This document shows, one piece after another, positions 26,280 through 32,000 of a stretch of 32,000 nt of DNA (the stretch's first letter is position 1; each line of letters begins with the position of its first letter). Origin of the DNA: Bellilinea caldifistulae (GTDB taxonomy: Bacteria; Chloroflexota; Anaerolineae; Anaerolineales; Anaerolineaceae); contig NZ_LGHJ01000013.1 in assembly GCF_001306055.1 (NCBI RefSeq), positions 150,001 to 182,000 of the forward strand, in the 5' to 3' direction. The position numbers were made by a program, and so were the translations under genes. Under the pieces are notes generated by a model. That model was given only the letters and a program-made list of their open reading frames with translations, made no database searches and was not told where the DNA came from.

Positions 26280-26588
26280 TCACGGAACCCATTTACCGAT
26301 TTCCGACCAGGCATAAGCAAGATGGTTGGCCAGTGTCTCACCCAAACGCCGGCGCACTTTTTTCAAAACATACTCCATCAGAGCAACACCACCAACCCGA
26401 TCCAATTGAATGCCGATTTCACGCGCACGAACATGCCGGCACTGGGCATTGAAGGATCCACCAGAGCGTTCGGATAGAAAATCTTCTTTTTGACCAATGC
26501 GGACAAGTTCATCAATCAATCGGTCAATTTCAGCCTGCATGTTTGTCGGATACGGTTTCTTTTCAAACAGAAAATCAAACCAGCCCAC
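26280..26588 (-). CDS. Hypothetical protein (about 102 aa)
   Basis: ORF track 26280..26615. An in-frame GTG at 26588 has GGAGG (26599-26595) 6 nt upstream, whereas ATG 26615 has no ribosome-binding site. I recognise no motif (FDFLFEKKPYPTNMQAEIDRLIDELVRIGQKEDF...). Confidence 0.5.
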   Translation of the reverse strand: MGWFDFLFEKKPYPTNMQAEIDRLIDELVRIGQKEDFLSERSGGSFNAQCRHVRAREIGIQLDRVGGVALMEYVLKKVRRRLGETLANHLAYAWSEIGKWVP

Positions 26589-26628
26589 AGTGCACCTCCG
26601 CTTTGATTGTATCATGCCCGGCGGCTAA

Positions 26629-26637
26629 TGGTACAAT
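26629..26637 (+). promoter_or_regulatory. Extended -10 promoter 8 nt from ATG 26646 (leaderless-type)
   Basis: TGgTACAAT at 26629-26637, followed by agaatgtc and then ATG. No Shine-Dalgarno sequence. Confidence 0.45.
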
Positions 26638-26645
26638 AGAATGTC

Positions 26646-27389
26646 ATGAATTGGGTGTTTCTCTCCCCCCATCTGGATGATGCCGTACTTTCGTGCGGCG
26701 GGTTGATTTACGAACTCATCCAAAACGGGGAGAAGGTGGAAATTTGCACAATTTGCGCGGGAGATCCCCCTCCGGGAGAACTTTCTCCCCTGGCCGAGAT
26801 GTTACATCAACGATGGGGGGTCACTGCCGCTCAATCTCAGGCCACTCGCCGGAACGAAGACCTGGCCGCCTGTCAGGTGCTCGGTGCAACGCCATTTCAT
26901 CTGGATATCCCCGATTGTATTTACCGCCGAAATCCGAACACCGGTGAGCCCCTCATCACCGCCAACGAGGCTCTCTTCCAACCCTTGCCGGCGGTGGAGT
27001 ATCCCCTTGCGGCTCAACTGGCACAGCAGTTAGCCGGTCACATTCCCACTGCCAGTCGGATCGTTTGCCCGTTGACCCTCGGCGGACATGTGGATCACCA
27101 CCTGACCCGCACCGCTGCTGAACAACTTGGCAGACCGCTTTGGTATTATGCCGACTACCCCTATTTACTGCAAGAATCCGGAAAACTGCACGAATATTTA
27201 TCCCCCGCATGGCGAAACCATGAAATTGCCATATCTTTATGCGGCTGTCGGGCGTGGCAGGATGCAATTGCCTGCTACCAATCCCAAATCAGTACTTTCT
27301 GGTCAGGCACCGAGGAAATGAGAAAAGCCATCTCTCATTACTGGCAAAAAGGCGGAGGAAGCACCCTCTGGGAAGCGTCATCATCCTGA
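26646..27389 (+). CDS. PIG-L/LmbE family N-acetylglucosaminyl deacetylase
   Basis: N-terminal motif LSPHLDDAVLSCGG (PHxDD...GG) and zinc-ligand motif GGHVDHH. Confidence 0.85.
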   Translation: MNWVFLSPHLDDAVLSCGGLIYELIQNGEKVEICTICAGDPPPGELSPLAEMLHQRWGVTAAQSQATRRNEDLAACQVLGATPFHLDIPDCIYRRNPNTGEPLITANEALFQPLPAVEYPLAAQLAQQLAGHIPTASRIVCPLTLGGHVDHHLTRTAAEQLGRPLWYYADYPYLLQESGKLHEYLSPAWRNHEIAISLCGCRAWQDAIACYQSQISTFWSGTEEMRKAISHYWQKGGGSTLWEASSS

Positions 27390-27442
27390 AATTGCTTCCT
27401 CATAGAGGATATCACCTCTAAAAAATTGCATTTAAAAAATTA

Positions 27443-27451
27443 TGCTATACT
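27443..27451 (+). promoter_or_regulatory. Extended -10 promoter 6 nt from ATG 27458 (leaderless-type), head of the uncharacterised operon
   Basis: TGcTATACT at 27443-27451, followed by gatacc and then ATG. No Shine-Dalgarno sequence. An AT-rich tract lies upstream. Confidence 0.5.
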
Positions 27452-27457
27452 GATACC

Positions 27458-27715
27458 ATGCAAGAGGTACAATCCTGCTGGCAAAAATGGGCAAATTTCC
27501 TTAAGGAAAGAAACCTTGAGGAAATTACAATCACCTTACTGGAAGCCGCCGGTCCGCTGAAAGTCCTTGCCGCCCAGTTTGTTTATGCCGGAATGCCGCT
27601 TCTTGAAACTTTTTCTCCCTCTAAAAGAGTCTGGTTCGAACTGGCTAACCTGTTGGAAGACAATCAGCGCAGCCAGAGTTTCATCGCGTACCTGCGCGGG
27701 GAGGTTGATGAATAA
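27458..27715 (+). CDS. Hypothetical small protein (85 aa), first gene of the uncharacterised operon
   Basis: An ORF with one central hydrophobic stretch (GPLKVLAAQFVYAGMPLL). Its stop TAA overlaps the next ATG by 1 nt (TAATG). Confidence 0.55.
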   Translation: MQEVQSCWQKWANFLKERNLEEITITLLEAAGPLKVLAAQFVYAGMPLLETFSPSKRVWFELANLLEDNQRSQSFIAYLRGEVDE

Positions 27716-28458
27716 TGGTTGATGCGATCATCGCACTGACGTTGATTGCGGTCACTGCCGGATTAATCCTGTTGTTGACCATCCAGCGCAATATCCTACG
27801 CAGTGAACTGCGTCAACTGCTGGCCTTTGAACGCCTTCGACAGGCAATTGGACTGGCAGTGGAAAACGGCACCCGCATTCACATCACCCTCGGCAAAGCC
27901 GGTCTGCCTGCTTCGACCAGCGCTGCCGGATTGACCGGTCTCACTACCCTGGAGCGGATTGCCCGGGTAAGCAGTATCAGCGACCGTCCTCCACTGGCTA
28001 CCAGCGGAGATGGCACGCTGGCGCTGCTCAGTCAGGATACACTGCGGGCGGCTTACCGTCAAATCAATCAGCTGGAATTGTATGACCCCAGTCGCGGCCG
28101 ATTGACCGGCCCCACCTCATTTTCTTACATTGCCGGAGCCTTGCCGGTTGCTGACAGCGAAAACGTTTCCACTCATCTGGCAATTGGCAATTTTGGTCCT
28201 GAAATTGCTTTGTTGATGGAAGCCGGAGAACAGCAAGAATCCTTTACACTGGCCGCCACCGACTCGCTTAGCGCACAGGCTGCACTATTCACCAGCAGCC
28301 AGGAAACCCTGATTGGTGAAGAATTATTTGCCATCCCAGCTTATCTCAACAGTGGGCCGGTTTATACCGCCAGCCTGCAAGTCCAGGATATTCTTCGCTG
28401 GGGGGTGATTGTAACCATCATCGCAGGTTCCATTTTGAAATTGTTAGGGATTGTATGA
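27715..28458 (+). CDS. Hypothetical bitopic membrane protein (247 aa)
   Basis: N-terminal TM IIALTLIAVTAGLILLLTI and C-terminal TM WGVIVTIIAGSILKLLGI flank a Gly/Ala/Ser/Thr/Leu-rich domain of about 190 aa. GGGGAGG lies 11 nt upstream. I recognise no catalytic motif. Confidence 0.65.
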   Translation: MVDAIIALTLIAVTAGLILLLTIQRNILRSELRQLLAFERLRQAIGLAVENGTRIHITLGKAGLPASTSAAGLTGLTTLERIARVSSISDRPPLATSGDGTLALLSQDTLRAAYRQINQLELYDPSRGRLTGPTSFSYIAGALPVADSENVSTHLAIGNFGPEIALLMEAGEQQESFTLAATDSLSAQAALFTSSQETLIGEELFAIPAYLNSGPVYTASLQVQDILRWGVIVTIIAGSILKLLGIV

Positions 28459-29072
28459 GAGCGCCAATCTCCACTGCGATTGCAATTGCTACCGGGCTTC
28501 TGATTTTATTGGGGGCTTTTCTGCCCATACCCGTGTTGCTTCCCATCCGTCAAATCCTGCTGTCCTGGACAATCCCGGTAGCAGCCACAGCTGGCTTGAT
28601 CGCCATCCTCAACCTTCTGAGCGTTCACTGGCGTAAATTAAACTCCGCCCGCGAACGCGATTATTACAGCATCTTCCTTTTACTGGCTTTTGCGGCAACT
28701 TTTGCAGCCGGCCTGATCCTCGGCCCAACCGACCCCGACTTTCAAAAGATTGTCACCCACATCCAGTTTCCCGTAGAAGCCAGCTTAATGGGTGTGCTAA
28801 CCGTTACTCTGACTTATGCCAGCATTCGTCTTTTTCAACGAAAACGTGGATGGTTGGCGGTCTTATTCACGGCTAGCACCATCCTGTTCCTGATTTTGTT
28901 GAGCGGCTTTTTGAATATCTCCGAAAATATCCCCTTTGTAAAGGATTTTTTGGCCGCACTCAACACCCTGCCGATTGCCGGGGCAAGGGGTATTTTGCTG
29001 GGCATTGCCCTGGGTAGCATCACAACCGGTTTGCGTATCCTCATTGGTGCAGACCGGCCTTACAGTGGATAG
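28455..29072 (+). CDS. Hypothetical polytopic membrane protein (205 aa, about 6 TM)
   Basis: ATGA overlap with the preceding gene, with an AGGGA ribosome-binding site. There are six hydrophobic helices. Confidence 0.65.
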   Translation: MRAPISTAIAIATGLLILLGAFLPIPVLLPIRQILLSWTIPVAATAGLIAILNLLSVHWRKLNSARERDYYSIFLLLAFAATFAAGLILGPTDPDFQKIVTHIQFPVEASLMGVLTVTLTYASIRLFQRKRGWLAVLFTASTILFLILLSGFLNISENIPFVKDFLAALNTLPIAGARGILLGIALGSITTGLRILIGADRPYSG

Positions 29073-29076
29073 TCAT

Positions 29077-31470
29077 ATGAGCGAGATCATTTGTCCACAT
29101 TGCGGGGCTTCAAACCCAACCGATGCGATTGAATGTAAAAAATGTCATCGCTTTCTTTTCGAAACCCCCTCTTCCAGCGCTTTTCCGTTTTCCGGGGATG
29201 ATGATGACTGGTTGAAAAACCTGAGGGAAGACACCGAACCTCTACCCGAATCCGAAAGCGATGAAGCAAAATCAACCGAAACGCCTCCTTTCTCCGAAGA
29301 AGTTCCGGACTGGCTGGCACGCATCCGCCAGCGTTCACAAGAAGAGCTTGGGAGTGAAGAGGGACAGCCGGATGAAGCAGCCCAGGAAGAAGAACTACCC
29401 GACTGGTTGAAGGATGTGGAAATCAGTGCGGGTCATTCTGGGCCAGCCTCCGTTGAAAGCAGTGACGAGGAAGAACTCCCCCTGCCGGATTGGCTTTCAC
29501 TGGTCAGTTCAGAGGAAGAAAGCGAGACACCACCCTCGCCGCCCGCCCCAGCCGGTGAGGAAGAACTGGATATCAGCCAGGAGCAGTTACCGGACTGGTT
29601 GAAGGGTATTGAACAACCCGAAGAAACCGCCGAGGAAAGCCCCATTGCCCCGCAAGAAACCGCCGACTGGCTGACGGGTTTGAGCCTGTTCAAAGAAGAT
29701 GAGGAAGTTACCGAGCAACCCCCCTTCCCCGCCCCGGCGGAGGAAGAACCGGACTGGCTGCAATCTTTTGAAACATTTGAGACAACCCCAGCCGCCTTTA
29801 CAGAGGAACAACCATCCCCCGCCGAAGCGGACGAGGACTGGCTGAAGGCTTTTGAGTCCTTTGAAGGAACTTCCGAACCCACCTCGATTGAAAGCGAACC
29901 GCCGGGCACCCTCCCAGACGAAGCGTGGCTGCAAACCGCCGAAGAACTCCCCGCCGAATCCGCATTTCAGGAAGCCGGCGTTCAGGAATTGGAAAATTTG
30001 GCGGAAACCATTCCTGAAGAATTTTCCGCCGCAGAAGACCAGCTGACATCTCTCCCACCTTTTGAAGAGGGTCTTGCGGCGCTTTCCGATGAACTTCACG
30101 GCGTTTCAGCCGGGGAACAACCGGTAGAGCCAGAAGATTTCAGATCCTTCCTGGAGGAAATTCCCTCGCTAGGCGAAGGCGCTTCATCTGCTTTCATTTT
30201 GGAAACACCATCTGACCAACCTGCGGTTGAACAAGAATTTGAGGTCTCTCCCTTTATCAGCGAGGAGCTGCCCGAATGGTTCGATGAACAGGTCCTCGAA
30301 TCTTCCGTTGAACCTACCGGCGCTGCTCCCGAAGGTGAAGAGAGCCTCGAACCGGCCGAATTACCCGGCTGGCTGGAAGCCATGCGCCCCATCGAAGCGG
30401 TTGCACCGGGGCGGGTCGGTACCGATGAAGATCAGCGCATTGAAACCAGCGGTCCCCTTTCCGGTTTTCAGGGTGTGCTTCCGGCTGAAGCATTGATCAC
30501 CCAATACAGCAAACCTTCCATTTATTCCGCTCGTTTACAGGTCAACGAGAAACAGCGCAACTACGCCAATCTTCTGGAATCGATACTTCAACAGGAAAAA
30601 CAAGGCCATCCTTCCAGCGGGGTGAAAAGCGCAGGACCGCAGATCCTTGCTCGCATGTTGATCGGAATTTTGCTGGCAGTAACGATTTTATTCGTCCTGG
30701 TAGGCGGAGTTAGCCTTGCCTCACCGCCGGCTTTGTTTGCCCCAGAAAATGTGGCCTTCTTTTCTCAAATTCGTTCCCTAACTTCTTCCGCAGAATCGAA
30801 CGCCCCGATACTTCTCGCCGTGGATTTCGAACCAGCCCTGGCAGGCGAGATTTCCACGGTTGCCTCACCGGTGATGGACGATTTGATCCAATCCGGAAAA
30901 AGCATGGTGGTTGTCTCGATCAATCCCACCGGTGCTGTGCTGGCAGAAGAACTTTTGCTGAACAACGCTTCCGATGGACAAGTACTCAATTTGGGATATC
31001 TGCCCGGGGGAGTTTCTTCCATTGCGGCTCTGGCAAGCCAGCCCGCACTGGCTGCTTCGCGCGACCGGTTTGGAACCTACGCCTGGGATCGCCAACCCTT
31101 CCAGACCGTCCAACACATTACAGACTTTGCGGCGATACTGCTGGTTACCGACAACACCGACACCAGTCGTTTGTGGATTGAACAACTCACGCCGTTATTG
31201 GACAAAACCCCCCTGTTGGTCATCGCCAGCAATCAAGCCGCACCGATGATTCAACCTTACGTCCAAAACGGGCAGTCAGCGGGTATGCTGGCCGGGTTGC
31301 CCGGACTGGCTGCCTATCAGCAATTGAACGGACGAACCGTCGGGCTTTCTGCCGGCTATCTGGATGCCTACCAGGCCGGGTTGATGGTCATTGTCGTGCT
31401 GGTCCTCCTTTTTAGCCTGTATTATCTGGTGATGCAATTATTCAAGAAGCCCGAAATAAAGGGGAAATAA
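29077..31470 (+). CDS. Zinc-ribbon protein with long acidic PDWL-repeat region, two TM helices and an intervening domain of about 230 aa
   Basis: ATG 29077 lies 4 nt after the preceding stop; the ORF-track start 28975 overlaps the previous gene. It has a CPHC...CKKC zinc ribbon at the N-terminus, an acidic low-complexity region of about 400 aa with repeated DWL motifs, TM ILARMLIGILLAVTILFVLVGGV, a globular region, and a terminal TM GLMVIVVLVLLFSLYYLVMQLF followed by KKPEIKGK. Confidence 0.75.
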   Translation: MSEIICPHCGASNPTDAIECKKCHRFLFETPSSSAFPFSGDDDDWLKNLREDTEPLPESESDEAKSTETPPFSEEVPDWLARIRQRSQEELGSEEGQPDEAAQEEELPDWLKDVEISAGHSGPASVESSDEEELPLPDWLSLVSSEEESETPPSPPAPAGEEELDISQEQLPDWLKGIEQPEETAEESPIAPQETADWLTGLSLFKEDEEVTEQPPFPAPAEEEPDWLQSFETFETTPAAFTEEQPSPAEADEDWLKAFESFEGTSEPTSIESEPPGTLPDEAWLQTAEELPAESAFQEAGVQELENLAETIPEEFSAAEDQLTSLPPFEEGLAALSDELHGVSAGEQPVEPEDFRSFLEEIPSLGEGASSAFILETPSDQPAVEQEFEVSPFISEELPEWFDEQVLESSVEPTGAAPEGEESLEPAELPGWLEAMRPIEAVAPGRVGTDEDQRIETSGPLSGFQGVLPAEALITQYSKPSIYSARLQVNEKQRNYANLLESILQQEKQGHPSSGVKSAGPQILARMLIGILLAVTILFVLVGGVSLASPPALFAPENVAFFSQIRSLTSSAESNAPILLAVDFEPALAGEISTVASPVMDDLIQSGKSMVVVSINPTGAVLAEELLLNNASDGQVLNLGYLPGGVSSIAALASQPALAASRDRFGTYAWDRQPFQTVQHITDFAAILLVTDNTDTSRLWIEQLTPLLDKTPLLVIASNQAAPMIQPYVQNGQSAGMLAGLPGLAAYQQLNGRTVGLSAGYLDAYQAGLMVIVVLVLLFSLYYLVMQLFKKPEIKGK
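29197..30390 (+). repeat. Array of about 11 degenerate acidic (L)PDWL peptide motifs, coding repeat
   Basis: Strict Asp-Trp-Leu codons occur at 29206, 29308, 29401, 29488, 29593, 29665, 29752 and 29836. Degenerate copies are AWL (Trp codon at 29926), EWF (Trp 30277) and GWL (Trp 30370). The eight strict copies and the adjoining AWL copy are spaced 72-105 nt apart. Confidence 0.8.
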
Positions 31471-31475
31471 GCATC

Positions 31476-32000
31476 ATGGATGTTGATTTTGCCTGGACCG
31501 CGGTTGCTTTCATTCTCACCCTGTTAACCCTCAGTTATATTCTTGGGGATAATCCCCTCTTCCGTTTGGCTGCCTATTTATTTGTAGGTGTCTCTGCCGG
31601 ATACGTGGCCGTCATCCTGTTATTCGAGGTCATCGTTCCCCGTCTGGTTTCGCCGCTCATATTTGGCAGCCCTGCGGAAAAAATGCTCGCACTGGTACCG
31701 GCCGTGTTGAGCCTGTTGCTGCTTTTCAAATTATCTCCCCGGCTGACCACGCTGGGCAATCCCTCAATGGCGTTTCTGGTCGGCAGCGGTGCGGCGGTCA
31801 TCGTCGGCGGAGCGGTCAGCGGCACCCTTTTTGGACAAATCCGCGGCGCAATTCAGCCATTTGCGCTCTCCCAAAGCGGCAGCGGTTTGCAGACAGGCGG
31901 TCAGTTATTCGGTGGACTCATCCTGTTAATCGGTACAATCTCTACATTGGTTTACTTTCAATTCAGCGCCCGCCGAAAAGCCAATCAACAAACCAGGCGG
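31476..32000 (+). CDS. Hypothetical polytopic membrane protein, N-terminal part (3' end outside window)
   Basis: Not in the ORF track because no stop is reached. ATG 31476 lies 5 nt after the previous stop, with AAGGGGA upstream. The frame is open to nt 32000 and reads MDVDFAWTAVAFILTLLTLSYILGDNPLFRLAAYLFVGVSAGYVAVILLFEVIVPRL..., with at least 4 hydrophobic helices. Confidence 0.7.
   Translation, partial: MDVDFAWTAVAFILTLLTLSYILGDNPLFRLAAYLFVGVSAGYVAVILLFEVIVPRLVSPLIFGSPAEKMLALVPAVLSLLLLFKLSPRLTTLGNPSMAFLVGSGAAVIVGGAVSGTLFGQIRGAIQPFALSQSGSGLQTGGQLFGGLILLIGTISTLVYFQFSARRKANQQTRR

Noticed and set aside
27403-27420. Hairpin tagagg-atatca-cctcta after the PIG-L gene as a terminator
   Set aside because: The stem is only 6 bp. 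On the + strand it is followed by an A-run, and on the - strand the T-run precedes it. It therefore fits neither orientation of an intrinsic terminator.
28975-29076. N-terminal extension of ORF 28975..31470
   Set aside because: It overlaps the 3' end of the preceding membrane-protein gene by 98 nt. ATG 29077 lies 4 nt after that gene's stop and begins directly with the zinc-ribbon motif.
29433-30099. Two long minus-strand ORFs (158 and 170 aa) across the PDWL-repeat region
   Set aside because: They are artefacts of GAA/GAG/CCG-rich composition. Their translations are Ser/Gly- or Gly/Phe/Arg-rich low complexity, while the + frame is continuous with the zinc ribbon and TM domains.
31574-31825. 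83-aa minus-strand ORF near the right edge
   Set aside because: It is antisense to the open-ended membrane-protein frame starting at 31476, which has coupling and a ribosome-binding site.
1-32000. Scan for CRISPR arrays, IS elements/transposases, integrases, prophage genes, toxin-antitoxin pairs and rRNA
   Set aside because: I found no regularly spaced direct repeats, no terminal inverted repeats flanking an ORF, no DDE/tyrosine-recombinase-like ORFs and no rRNA-like sequence. The only repeats are the in-frame PDWL coding motifs and a 2x10-nt promoter-proximal direct repeat.

Overview
This 32-kb chromosomal window is densely coded and mid-GC. It has about 30 protein genes, one tRNA(CAU) and one clear riboswitch. 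I saw no rRNA, CRISPR array, transposase or integrase. The protein architectures suggest Chloroflexota (Anaerolineae-like), but that is recall only and low confidence.

Gene content, in order:
- A heterodimeric ABC exporter pair (first gene truncated at the left edge).
- An NBR1-like lipoprotein and a DUF1360-like membrane protein.
- tRNA-CAU.
- A + strand block: acyl-CoA synthetase, M24 peptidase, esterase, MBL hydrolase and a low-GC GT-C membrane protein.
- A membrane-anchored gluzincin protease, YtxH and a PAP2 phosphatase.
- A TgpA-like transglutaminase and a GAF-PAS class III cyclase.
- A minus-strand operon: two small membrane proteins, a PfkB kinase and an M20 peptidase.
- prfA-prmC.
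- A NYN plus cold-shock-like fusion.
- A P2A-type ATPase preceded by a yybP-ykoY Mn2+ riboswitch.
- A PIG-L deacetylase.
- A tightly coupled operon of at least five uncharacterised membrane proteins running off the right edge.

Most interesting observations:
1. The uncharacterised operon at 27443-32000. Its 797-aa zinc-ribbon protein carries about 11 acidic PDWL-type motifs at roughly 24-35 aa spacing.
2. The Mn2+ riboswitch ON-switch in front of a SERCA/PMR1-like ATPase.
3. A recurring architecture in which -10 elements (three of them extended, TGn) sit 6-8 nt from ATG start codons. It occurs at four genes and suggests leaderless mRNAs.

Several ORF-track starts were trimmed on ribosome-binding-site, promoter or overlap evidence.
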